DNA from: Macrostomum lignano
Lineage: Eukaryota
Direction: 5' to 3'
DNA length: 64,000 bases
Assembly: GCA_002269645.1 (NCBI GenBank)
Contig: NIVC01002450.1
Location: forward strand, 1-64,000
In this document: positions 34,301-46,036 of the stretch, piece by piece
How positions within the stretch are numbered: the stretch's first letter is position 1
Layout of the letters: each line of letters opens with the position of its first letter
Notes under the pieces: generated by a model
Database searches by the model: none
What the model was told of the DNA's origin: nothing
The model's input: the letters and a program-made list of their open reading frames with translations, nothing else
Made by a program: the position numbers and the translations under genes

Positions 34301-37300
34301 GGTTGAGTGGGGTGAGGGTTGAGTGGGGTGAGGGTTGAGTGGGGTGAGGGTTGATTGGAGTGAGGGTTGAGTGGGGTGAGGGTTGAGTGGGGTGAGGGTT
34401 GATTGGGGTGAGGGTTGATTGGAGTGAGGGTTGAGTGGGGTGCGGGTTGAGTGGGGTGAGGGTTGAGTGGGGTGAGGGTTGAGTGAGGTGCGGGTTGAGT
34501 GGGGTGAGGGTGGATTGGATTGAGGGTTGATGGGGTGAGGGTTGAGTGGGGTGAGGGTTGAGTGATGTGCGGGTTGAGTGGGGTGAGGGTGGATTGGATT
34601 GAGGGTTGATGGGGTGACGATCGGGAAATTTGTACAGACAGAAAAGCAGCACAGACACAGATACAGTAAACAGGAAATGAAATTAGCAATAGGACAAAAT
34701 AAGCAATTATCCCATTGAGTTTTATGGGCGATGAGGGATCAGCACTGCGTCTGTTTTAATAAGCTGAAGCTAATTAGTCATGCCTAAATTCATTTTTTCG
34801 GCTGCATCACTTATTGATATTGCTATTGCCATTCCCTTGTGCCATGTAATTTCCTTTTGCGGTAAGCAGAAATTACCTATGAAGAATTGAGCGCACCAGA
34901 CATCCCACATGGCGAGTCTATCAATTTTCAGCTAGATAGCTGGATTTTTCAAAAAAATTCTGTACAAAAGTATTTGCTATAGTTGCAGTTTATTTTGATG
35001 CAAAAGTAGTCAATCAATTTTCATCCAATATCTAGATAGCTATTGCTTATTTTAAAGTATTTTAAAGGGTCCCGTCCAACAATCGTAAAAACTCCTAGTA
35101 TAACTAGCAATACCATGCATATTGGGCTAATATTCATTATTTATTATTTATTATTAATGACAGTCACGTTATATCAAAATTAATGACATTACGATCACAG
35201 ATACTACTTCCTGGCTAATGCTAAAAATCAAATTAGAAATTAGAATTTTGTTTAAACGAGATAACAAAGCTAAATTAAACAAAATTATAATATACTTACT
35301 AAAAATATTAATTATTATATGGTACACTAAACCTGATATACTAAACTAAAACAAACTATATTATAAATAATAAGTCACAGATTCATCCTATCATTGCACT
35401 ATATTTTAGTTTTGTTTTGTGAATTACAAAACATTGATTTATAAAGTACTATTTTCCAGAGCACATATATATTATATATTGCAATAGCTATGTAGCCACT
35501 AGTTACTCAGTAAGTCGTGTAAATGAGTAAGTTGAGCGATCGAGTCTTCGTGCTCCTGCAACTGGATTTAAGCTTTATAAGCCAAGATAGGATAGGAAGT
35601 AGGTAGTAGGGAAGGAATGAGAAGATGCAGCTCATATTTCTGATATTACAAGCTCACTCAAGCTACGGGAGAAAGAGAAAAAAGCGACTGCCTAAGAACT
35701 CCGGTTAGCTAATGCTAAAAAATTTGTATCTTTTGCTGTTCTTTCTTTTCATAGTAAATACAGTAGTACACAATGCACTAGAATCAACGACGGCAAACTG
35801 CCCTCCTCCTCCCTCCGACAGATTCAGCAGCGCCTCTGCGAGTCCCCCGTCGGCGTCCTGATCCCGCGCGTTGTGATGTTCGAACGGCGCCTCTCCGACC
35901 TGACGGCCAGCCTCTTTAACCAAATTCGCACCTGCTGCCGGCTGGACACCGGCGGCGTAGTTGCCACGGGCGCTGGCGCCAACTCAGCCGAGCAGACGGC
36001 GCCGCCGCCACGCAACCTGCAGGAGCTCGTGGACCGGCTGTCCGGCGCCGGGCCCGTAGTGCTGCTCATCGCTGGCGCCGAGCGCCTCGTCGACGACGCC
36101 GGCGACCGCCTGCCGCCGCAGTCGTTGGTGCCGGCGCCGCGGGGTCCGCCGTCCAACGTGAAGCTGGTGCTCACTGCGCTAGACGAGGCCGGAGGCAGTG
36201 TGCTCAGCCTGGCCGGGCCGCATCTCCGCGTGCTGCACATCGGGCCGCAGACGGCCGACGCCTACCGAGAGTTCGCCAGGCACTACTTGGCCGAGAGGAG
36301 CCGCCGGCTCACGGCAGAGCAGTGGCGCTGGGCTGAGCAGCGGCTGGCCGGCCTGGAAAGCATGTTCCACGCCTCGCTGCTGTGCGACCGGCTGGCCCGG
36401 CTGGCCTCCGGCGACGACCCGGCCGACCTGCCGGCGAGCAGCGGCCTGGCCGACCTGCTGGACGCGGAGTTCGACCGGCTCGAAGCCAAATTCGGTCGCA
36501 TCGCCGTGTCGCACGCGTTCGCCTACGTCAGCCTGTCGGGCGGCGGCCTCACGGACATCGAAGTCAAGGACCTGCTTTCGCTGGACGATGCCGTCCTAGA
36601 CGAGATGCTCGTCCCAATCGAAGACGGCGTCCGCCAGTTTCCCAGCTCCGTGTGGCTGCTGATGAAGCAGGAGGTCCGCCTGCTCATTCACGAGGCTTCA
36701 TTCGACGGCTACTTCGTGAACTACTGGGCCAACGGCGACGTCGAGAGCGCCGTGGCCGCTCGCTACCTGAGCTCCGACGATTTGCGCAAGTCGCTGCACT
36801 TCACAATGGCCGACTATTTCCTGGGCACCTGGCACGGCGTCAGCAAGCCGGTGTCCACCGTCTCCTCGGCTGACGATGTCAGCTCGGCGGACCGGCTGAT
36901 GCCAACCCAGAAGTTGATGTACAGCATCGAAGGCGAGACTGGCGGCAGCGTCACCTCCGGCGGCGGTCAGCAGGGCAGTTTCTACAACGAGCGCAAGTTC
37001 CGGCAGCTGCCGCGTCATCTGTTCCTGTCCGACCGCGTGCCCGAGCTCAACAATCTGGTGCTGTTCAGCTACGACTGGCTCTACTACAAATCCGCCGCCC
37101 TCGGCCTGGAGGAGACGCTGCGAGATTTCCAACTCGTGCCCAGCAACACGGAGGTGTCCCTGGTTGAGGAGACAATCAGGAAAGCGTTCGACATTCTTGG
37201 CGACAATTTGAACAACTTGGCTGCGGAGCTGTCTGGCAGCCTGGTGCTGTACAGTCACGAGTACAAGAACATAAAGAACCTGGTGCGCCAGGCGGATGTG

Positions 37301-40300
37301 CGCGGCTGCCAGCACAATATATTCGTGCCCTGCTATTCCTATGCCAAACTGCCAGGCAGCGCGCTCCAATCTACCGTAGAATGCCCGTCCAATCTGCAGT
37401 CGATGCACCTGAGCTCCGAGACGGCTACGCTTTACGTGAAATTGAAGGACGACGTGTCCCTGTACAAGTACGATCTGGAACGGGGCACCATGCTGGGCGA
37501 GGCTCGCACGTCCAGCGGAGAGCTGCACCTGTCAGCTGACGAGCGGTACGCCGTGATGGTGGACGACAGGAAGCGGAGCCATCTCAAGGTGAGATACAGA
37601 GGTCCGAGAGGGAGATACTGAGATTGAGAGTGAGATTCTACGATTTGAGAGTAAGATGCTAAGATTCCAGAGTGAGATACTAGATTCGAGAGTGAGATAA
37701 AACTCCGAGCGAGATGAGAAAATCTGAAAGCGAGACACGGAAGCAACGCGGAGAGTAAAACAATGGAATCTGAGAGTAGAACAATGGAATCTGAGAGTAG
37801 AACAATGGAATCTGAGAGTAAAACAATCGAATCTGAGAGTAGAACAATCTAATCTGAGAGTAAAATAATGGAATCTGAGAGTAAAACAATCGAATCTGAG
37901 AGTAGAACAATCGAATCTGAGAGTAAAACAATCGAATCTGAGAGTAAAACAATCGAATCTGAGAGTAAAACAATGGAATCTGAGAGTAAAACAATGGAAT
38001 CTGAGAGTAAAACAATTGAATCTGAGAGTAAAACAATGGAATCTGAGAGTAAAACAATGGAATCTGAGAGTAAAACAATGGAATCTGAGAGTAAAACAAT
38101 GGAATCTGAGAGTAGAACAATGGAATCTGAGAGTAAAACAATCGAATCTGAGAGTAAAACAATGGAATCTGAGAGTAAAACAATCGAATCTGAGAGTAAA
38201 ACAATGGAATCTGAGAGTAGAACAATGGAATCTGAGAGTAGAACAATGGAATCTGAGAGTAAAACAATCGAATCTGAGAGTAAAACAATTGAATCTGAGA
38301 GTAAAACAATGGAATCTGAGAGTAAAACAATGGAATCTGAGAGTAAAACAATGGAATCTGAGAGTAAAACAATGGAATCTGAGAGTAAAACAATCGAATC
38401 TGAGAGTAAAACAATGGAATCTGAGAGTAAAACAATGGAATCTGAGAGTAAAACAATGGAATCTGAGAGTAAAACAATGGAATCTGAGAGTAAAACAATG
38501 GAATCTGAGAGTAAAACAATCGAATCTGAGAGTAAAACAATGGAATCTGAGAGTAGAACAATGGAATCTGAGAGTAAAACAATGGAATCTGAGAGTAGAA
38601 CAATGGAATCTGAGAGTAAAACAATGGAATCTGAGAGTAAAACAATGGAATCTGAGAGTAAAACAATCGAATCTGAGAGTAAAACAATTGAATCTGAGAG
38701 TAAAACAATGGAATCTGAGAGTAAAACAATGGAATCTGAGAGTAAAACAATGGAATCTGAGAGTAAAACAATGGAATCTGAGAGTAAAACAATCGAATCT
38801 GAGAGTAAAACAATGGAATCTGAGAGTAAAACAATGGAATCTGAGAGTAAAACAATGGAATCTGAGAGTAAAACAATGGAATCTGAGAGTAGAACAATGG
38901 AATCTGAGAGTAGAACAATGGAATCTGAGAGTAAAACAATCGAATCTGAGAGTAAAACAATCGAATCTGAGAGTAAAACAATAGAATCTGAGAGTAAAAC
39001 AATGGAATCTGAGAGTAGAACAATGGAATCTGAGAGTAAAACAATGGAATCTGAGAGTAAAACAATCGAATCTGAGAGTAAAACAATGGAATCTGAGAGT
39101 AAAACAATCGAATCTGAGAGTAAAACAATCGAATCTGAGAGTAAAACAATCGAATCTGAGAGTAAAACAATCGAATCTGAGAGTAAAACAATCGAATCTG
39201 AGAGTAAAACAATGGAATCTGAGAGTAAAACAATCGAATCTGAGAGTAAAACAATAGAATCTGAGAGTAGAACAATGGAATCTGAGAGTAAAACAATGGA
39301 ATCTGAGAGTAAAACAATCGAATCTGAGAGTAAAACAATGGAATCTGAGAGTAAAACAATGGAATCTGAGAGTAAAACAATGGAATCTGAGAGTAAAACA
39401 ATGGAATCTGAGAGTAAAACAATGGAATCTGAGAGTAAAACAATGGAATCTGAGAGTAAAACAATCGAATCTGAGAGTAAAACAATGGAATCTGAGAGTA
39501 AAACAATGGAATCTGAGAGTAAAACAATGGAATCTGAGAGTAAAACAATGGAATCTGAGAGTAAAACAATGGAATCTGAGAGTAGAACAATGGAATCTGA
39601 GAGTAAAACAATGGAATCTGAGAGTAAAACAATGGAATCTGAGAGTAAAACAATGGAATCTGAGAGTAAAACAATGGAATCTGAGAGTAAAACAATGGAA
39701 TCTGAGAGTAAAACAATGGAATCTGAGAGTAAAACAATGGAATCTGAGAGTAAAACAATCGAATCTGAGAGTAAAACAATCGAATCTGAGAGTAAAACAA
39801 TGGAATCTGAGAGTAAAACAATGGAATCTGAGAGTAAAACAATGGAATCTGAGAGTAAAACAATGGAATCTGAGAGTAAAACAATGGAATCTGAGAGTAA
39901 AACAATGGAATCTGAGAGTAAAACAATCGAATCTGAGAGTAAAACAATGGAATCTGAGAGTAAAACAATCGAATCTGAGAGTAAAACAATCGAATCTGAG
40001 AGTAAAACAATCGAATCCGAGAGTAAAACAATCGAATCCGAGAGTAAAACAATAGAATCTGAGAGTAAAACAATGGAATCTGAGAGTAGAACAATGGAAT
40101 CTGAGAGTAAAACAATGGAATCTGAGAGTAAAACAATCGAATCTGAGAGTAGAACAATGGAATCTGGGAGTAAAACAATGGAATCTGAGAGTAAAACAAT
40201 GGAATCTGAGAGTAAAACAATGGAATCTGAGAATAGAACAATGGAATCTGAGAGTAAAACAATGGAATCTGAGAGTAAAACAATGGAATCTGAGAGGGTT

Positions 40301-42438
40301 GTACAAAACTCCGTGAGTGAGACAGCCAGACACAAATGGCAAAGCCAGCTAGAGGACACTGATGAGATATGCAGAAAATTTGAAATTCAGATCAATCCAG
40401 ACTAGCAAACTCAATTTAAATGCGGGAGAGCACATCATCACTGAGTGGCCTAAAAGCAAGGTTTTAACTTAAACGTTTCATAAAATCCTAGTATCAATAC
40501 ATGTATATGGCAGAAAAATATGAAATCGATCCTCCATTAAAAGCTTCAAATCCAAATTTCGATGCCACATCTCCAGACTTAAATCCAACCCAAATCAATA
40601 CCAAATCCTTAGTACTGAATGATAAATTCTAACTTAAAAATCTCATATCTCGAACCCTGAATTCCAAATTCCAAATCCCAAATCCTAACTCCTAAATCCC
40701 AAATCACAAATCCCAAACTATCATACCGATGCCAAATCTCAAATCCCAAATACTAAATCCCAAATCCCGAATCCCAAATACTAAATCCCAAATCACAAAT
40801 CCCAAACCATCATACCGATGCCAAATCTCAAATCCCAAATACTAAATCTCAAATCCCAAATCCCAAACCATCATACCGATGCCAAATCTCAAATCCCAAA
40901 TACTAAATCTCAAATCCCAAATCCCAAATACTAAATCCCAAATCACAAATCCCAAACCATCATACCGATGCCAAATCTCAAATCCCAAATACTAAATCCC
41001 AAATCCCAAATCCCAAACCATCATACCGATGCCAAATCTCAAATCCCAAATACTAAATCTCAAATCCCAAATCCCAAATACTAAATCCCAAATCACAAAT
41101 CCCAAACCATCATACCGATGCCAAATCTCAAATCCCAAATACTAAATCCCAAATCCCAAATCCCAAACCATCATACCGATGCCAAATCTCAAATCCCAAA
41201 TACTAAATCCCAAATCCCAAATCCCAAATACTAAATCTCAAATCTCAAATCCCAAACCATCATACCGATGCCAAATCTCAAATCCCAAATACTAAATCTC
41301 AAATCCCAAATCCCAAATACTAAATCTCAAATCTCAAATCCCAAACCATCATACCGATGCCAAATCTCAAATCCTAAATCCAAGTCAAATCATAAGTCCC
41401 TAATCCCAAGTCTCAAATCCCAGGTCGCAAATTCCAAATCGCAAATCCCAAGTCGCAAATTCCAAATCGCAAATCCCAAGTCGCAAATCCCAAGTAGCAA
41501 ATCACAAGTCTCAAACCCTAAGTCTCAAATCCAAAGTCTCAAATCCCAAGTCTCAAATTCCAAATCCTAAATCCCAACTCCCGACTCCTAACTCCTAACT
41601 CCTAAATCCCAAATCCTAAATCCTAAAACTCAGATTCCAACTCCTAAATCTCTAGCCCTAAATTTCTAATCCCTGATCGTAAGAATTTTGCAAAACTGAG
41701 TTCTTGTGCTACGGGTAAAATGCAGCCAAATTACCGTAAAATAACCGCCGTCCTCGAACTCAGGTTCACCTCTGCTCGGATGGCTCCTTTGTCGGGCACA
41801 TCCTGCCGTTGAATTGGATCGACACCATGCCGTTCGAGGAGAAGAGCATGTTCCGCATCACCAAAGTTCGAGTCGCTCGCCGACTAGTTGCTTGCATCGT
41901 GGCCTCGCGAATGTCCTCCGTGATCATCGCCGACTTGGCCACCTGCCAGCCCATTCACGTGTTCAAACCGGACCGGCGTGCGGCGCTGTGCGACATCACC
42001 CCCGATGAGCGGTTCATCTTCACAAATAATGGGGAGCAGGTACGGAGCGGCGTCGAAGATAGGGCGGATTTTGCTGTTGCAATGAGCTGCTGGAGCGGTT
42101 TCCAGCTAGCGTATTATCTGGTCGCATGTAGATGGTTAGTTATTAAGTAGTTGTAGCCTAGTGGTTGGAGCGTCCAACTCACGACTTGAAGGTCGGGGGT
42201 TCGATTCCCGATCCCACAGGAACAATTTGTGTCCTTGAGCAGGACACTTAATTCTGCATTGCTTCAGTTTACCCAGCTGTAAAATGGGTAACAAGCATTA
42301 GCTGGGGTAATTGAGGGTGTGTGTGACAACCCCCAGTCCTTGGACTGAACAGCCGTACGCAGCCTTCAGATGCGCCGCGCAATAGCTGCGACTGAGCTGT
42401 CGGTTGCACATCTGGCCCGATTGGGGCAGGTGTAATCA

Positions 42439-42486
<48 letters not shown>

Positions 42487-45400
42487 GTTATTATTATTAT
42501 TATTGCTGCGATGAGAAGAATGGGGGGGGGCAGATATTGCTGTTGCAATATGAAGAATGGGGCGGATTTTGCTGTTGCAATGAGAAGAATAGGGGCGGAT
42601 TTTGCTGTTGCAATAGGAAAAATGAGGGGGGGCGGATTTTGCAATGACTGCGGTCCGGTTGGCATTCAGAGCAACGTGCTGCTGTCACCCACCCCCACAG
42701 GTGCTGGTGTTCGAGATCGGCAACGGAGTCCAGACATCTGTGGTGGATCTGCTGGCGGTGCCGAAGCGCCTGATGTTCACCAGAGACGGCTCGCGCGCTT
42801 TCATCATGTGCGAAGGCGAGCAGAAGGTGGTCATTCTCTACATGGACGCCAAAGGCGCTATCGAGATGTCCTTCAAAATCATGTTCGAGAATTCGCTTGG
42901 AGACGACCGGCTGCAGGACATGCGCGTGTCGCAGGCTGAGCAGCTGCTGTTGGTTCGCGCCGAGAAGAACGTGCTGGTGTACGAGTTCGGCCGGGATGCC
43001 ATTGTGGCGCACATCCGTCGTCCTCCGGAAATTCCGGCCGAATTCAAAATGCCCAACGCCAATTACGAGCGGATCAACTTTAGCGAGGCGGATTTCGCAT
43101 TCGGCGACCGGGTGGTGATTACCAGCATCTTCCGCGACGTGCTGGTCTGGGAGGTCGAGCAGGGCCGGCCGCTGGTGATGCTGCACGCGCCAACGGGGAT
43201 TCTGACGCGCCTGCTGGTTGACCAGACGCGCAGCCTGGTTGTCGGCTTCATTGAGCACTCGCGCGAGATCCACCTGTGGAGCCTGCAGGGCGCCTTCACC
43301 GACGGCACCGCGGTCGACTCGCTCACTGCGCCAATTCGCGCCGTCCGATCTGCTCGTCGGCGTCCGCGCGCCGTCGCCTGCTGCGACAACAGCGATGAGA
43401 TGGGCGTTGTTGATTTGGACACCGGCTACCTCACCGACTTGTACAGCCACGAGGGCGTTGTGGTGGACTGCGCCATATCCTCCTGCGGCGACTACGCCGT
43501 GGCATCCGTGGTGCAGCGCAACCCGAACACCACCAACATCGTCTGGTCGCTGTCCGAGCGTCGAATTCTTGCCGAATTCGGCAACGTGCCCGGCCACCTG
43601 CTGCCCTGCCGGCACTCTAGTGACGTGTACATTGTTGACCAGGCCGAGGTGGCCTTCAAGCAGCCGTTCGGCATCACACGACTGGCTCTGGGTGACGGCG
43701 CCGTCCGTCCGGAGGCGTGCGGCGAGTCGGCGAGCATCCCGCACCTGCTAGGCCGGCCGTTCCTGACTGGCAACGACAGGCTGATCGTCTGCCTGACAGC
43801 CAGGGACTTGGACTGCGCCCGGGCCTATTATATTGAGACGTGCCTGTTCACCTGGAACACTGGGACGGGCCAGACGAGGCTGATTGGGCCCAGCATGCTG
43901 TCCGCCTTCGGCCTGGTGCGCCGCATTCTGGCTGTGCAGCCTTGTCTGGCCGGCAGCGACGAGGGTGGCAGCGACGTTGTCGTGGTGTACACGGAGGAGG
44001 AGGAGGCCCTGGACAGTGTTCGGTGAGAGTCCTGCGGTGAAGGATGCTTATAGAAGCCTGACTGACTCACACCCATGAGGTCCAGCCTCCAAGGCACAGA
44101 GGCCGCTGTACAGTGTACACCTGTGTGAGCGTGTGCATGAGTGCGTGCCTGCGTACAGTATGGCGCGCCTGTGTGTGCTCAGGAGTCAGCGGAATGGGCA
44201 GAATTTCCACAGCGCCGTTGTGCATGGTTGTCTAAAACTCAACCTTCCTGGGAATGTTCATCTCTTGGTTTACAATAGTGTGTGAATATAAGGGCATGAA
44301 GAATGTTCATAGATACGCGAATGCTGTTTGTATACCCTCCTAAATCAGCCCCGTTCGTTCTCCTTGTCAATTTGTTCCCATCTGGCATGCATGACTGCGG
44401 CAAATTGAACTCCAATAAGCTGATCTAAACCGCGGGAAAATCTATATATCCTGTTTTTACCAGTTCGCTGTGAAACTGAATAGGATAACCTCGGCTAAGA
44501 AACCTTAATCCGATCATAATGAGTTTCTCCTAGGCCAACTGAGCCTTTTCCAGCTGTAATTTTCTAGCATTAATTGGACCGGACAGAACTGTCTGCGTCA
44601 ATTTCTAGGGGGTCGCCGTCTCTAGATCTAGCGCAGGGTTGGACGTTCGGCTAAGATGCGTTCTGATTAAACAAGTATTCTCTGTGACTTCCCTGTGGTT
44701 ATTCTAGTCACAAGAATGTAATAAATATACGCGATGCGTCACGTGACTTCCTAACGGTTAATGTTCCTAAGGATTGTACCTTACGCGTCACGTGATTTAT
44801 ATCTCGTGATATATAGCTCGTATATATATGGATAGATGGTTTTTCATCTCTGCTGCCTGCCCTTGAAGCCTCACAGGATGGTTCAGCGTCAATCCTTCAT
44901 TAACTCTGCAGGTCGCCCGACCAGCGCCGTTTCACCCAGAGCGTCATGATCATTGACGTCGAGACGTTGACTCTACGCTGCCTGGCGCCGAATCTTCTGC
45001 CGGCCGGCACCGACCCGGACCGGCTGAGCTTCTCCCGCTCCGGCGAGTACTGCGTCGACGCCGACAATTACCTGTACTCGGTGGCCGCCGGACTGCCGCT
45101 GCGCCGCGCCGCTCCGGCCGGCTTCCAGTTCCGCTGCTTCGCCCTCGCCGACTCGCTGATGCTGTTCAGCCGTGGCCGCCGGGTGCGCGCCTACCGCGTG
45201 CCCGAGTGCGCCCCGGCTGGCGAGCTGGACGCGCATCACGAAGTTCGCGCGGTCGAAGCGCGCAGCGACGGCTCGGTGCTGGTGGCCTGCCAGTCCGGCA
45301 ACATCTTCGCCTACAGGCTGGTTGACTCGCCGTCCGAGCGGGCCGCCCTGGAGGCCGTGCAGGCGATCCGATCGCGCGAGCTGCTCGACCCGGAGCGGAC

Positions 45401-45635
45401 TCGATCCTGGGACCGCCTGATCGGCTCCTCGCCAGCGACCAGTGACGGTGGCGGCGGCGACGGCGGCGGCGACTATTCAAGACCGGCGTCGAAGGCGGCA
45501 GCTGCGAACCGGAAGCGCGGTATCGGCGATTCGGCCGACTTCGGCAGCGGTCAAGGAGCCGACGAGTATCGGCGCAGCAAGTCGGAGACGGACGCGGTGG
45601 AGCTGAACCGGGCTCGATCCTGCAGCGTCATGTGA
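28195..45635 (+). CDS. NWD1/NWD2-like NACHT- and WD40-repeat protein; 9 exons, about 1785 aa
   Basis: Exons 28195-28300, 29133-29221, 29303-29419, 30561-30930, 33592-34178, 35822-37588, 41764-42039, 42701-44022 and 44912-45635 join in frame (5358 nt). The N-terminal segment (ISAFSDFEKEREVLRNEAYPRL, LLGQKFG, WYRRDEN) matches my recollection of the NWD2 N-domain. It is followed by a P-loop-like GGQNTGK, NACHT helical segments (GLTDIEVKDLLSLDDAVL, ADYFLGTW, RQLPRHL), WD-like beta repeats and the C-terminus CSVM*. Confidence 0.85.
28395..29070. repeat. 67-bp minisatellite, about 10 copies, NWD intron 1
   Basis: CCATAGACTATTTAGCTAGCTCTGTCCAATGCAGCTTGTACAGACAGTCACTCTGGGACTGAGGCTA. Confidence 0.95.
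29133..29221 (+). CDS. NWD-like exon 2
   Basis: DFEKEREVLRNEAYPRLYEYFRNTYGLQFR; acceptor TTTTCAG|, donor CGA|GTGAGT. Confidence 0.85.
29303..29419 (+). CDS. NWD-like exon 3
   Basis: GVDIKLGLE...HDSVPV; 117 nt, phase 0-0. Confidence 0.8.
29406..29712 (+). repeat. 26-bp minisatellite that includes the exon 3 splice donor
   Basis: ATTCTGTGCCAGTG|GTGAGTTGTCAC x12. Confidence 0.95.
30245..30540. repeat. ~22-bp minisatellite
   Basis: CTGAAGCTACTGAAATCCCCAC. Confidence 0.85.
30561..30930 (+). CDS. NWD-like exon 4
   Basis: ILLGQKFGLPLLP...DSWYRRDENA; not in the ORF track on +; donor TTG|GTAAGG. Confidence 0.85.
33232..33512. repeat. 16-bp minisatellite upstream of NWD exon 5
   Basis: CACCCCACTCAACCCT; inverted partner at 34220-34617. 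Confidence 0.95.
33592..34178 (+). CDS. NWD-like exon 5 (contains Walker A region)
   Basis: ELDAGISHLL...YLLLGGQNTGKMPAIAQ; the acceptor at 33591 is inferred from phase 1 and homology spacing; donor GAG|GTGAGG. Confidence 0.8.
34220..34617. repeat. 16-bp minisatellite downstream of NWD exon 5 (exact reverse complement)
   Basis: AGGGTTGAGTGGGGTG. Confidence 0.95.
35822..37588 (+). CDS. NWD-like exon 6 (NACHT core and helical domains)
   Basis: 1767-nt open exon, acceptor CCGACAG|, donor AAG|GTGAGA. Confidence 0.88.
37735..40295. repeat. 21-bp minisatellite, about 120 copies, NWD intron 6
   Basis: GAATCTGAGAGTAAAACAATG. Confidence 0.97.
40660..41640. repeat. AAATCCC-based compound repeat
   Basis: (AAATCCC)n interspersed with AAACCATCATACCGATGCC blocks. 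Confidence 0.9.
41764..42039 (+). CDS. NWD-like exon 7 (WD region)
   Basis: VHLCSDG...ALCDITPDERFIFTNNGEQ; donor CAG|GTACGG. Confidence 0.85.
42147..42504 (+). mobile_element. tRNA-derived CORE-type SINE, copy 2 (NWD intron 7)
   Basis: Same head, core and 3' body as 12441-12744, with a longer (TTA)n tail. Confidence 0.8.
42701..44022 (+). CDS. NWD-like exon 8 (WD repeats)
   Basis: VLVFEIGNG...VVDCAISSCGDYAVAS...; donor CG|GTGAGA, phase 2. Confidence 0.88.
44912..45635 (+). CDS. NWD-like exon 9 (terminal, ends CSVM*)
   Basis: Acceptor CTCTGCAG|G restores the frame of ORF 44946-45635. Confidence 0.85.
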
Positions 45636-45764
45636 CTGGCGTGACTGCTCTCACATTGTCACTTTCGTCTCTCTTGCACTGAGAGCTATTTGATACTCAA
45701 ATTAGACATTCAATGTTAAAGCCCTGCATGCTTGCGTGACAAACTCTTCCTTTATAGATTACAT

Positions 45765-46036
45765 CACGTGACTCGCCTAGCTGAACTTATCACGTGACTA
45801 GCCTAGCTGTACTGGTCACGTGACTCGCCTAGCTGTACTGGTCACGTGACTAGCCTAGCTGAACTGGTCACGTGACTTACCTAGCTGAACTGGTCATGTG
45901 ACTCGCCTAGCTGAACTGGTCACGTGACTTGCCTAGCTGAACTGGTCACGTGACTCGCCTAGCTGAACTGGTCACGTGACTCGCCTAGCTGAACTGGTCA
46001 CGTGACTTGCCTAGCTGAACTGACCACGTGACTCGT
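45765..46036. repeat. 26-bp minisatellite with GTCACGTGAC core, downstream of the NWD stop
   Basis: TCGCCTAGCTGAACTGGTCACGTGAC, about 10 copies. Confidence 0.93.

Noticed and set aside
37532-40405. 845-936 aa ORFs (MESESKT, FYSQIPL and CFTLRFH repeats)
   Set aside because: These are translations of a 21-bp intronic array whose unit length is a multiple of three. The + frame has a TAA at 37850, and NWD exons 6 and 7 splice in frame without it.
36179-43744. Long antisense and off-frame ORFs over GC-rich exons (e.g. 36698-37528 -, 42500-43744 -)
   Set aside because: Shadow ORFs caused by strong GC3 codon bias of the real exons.
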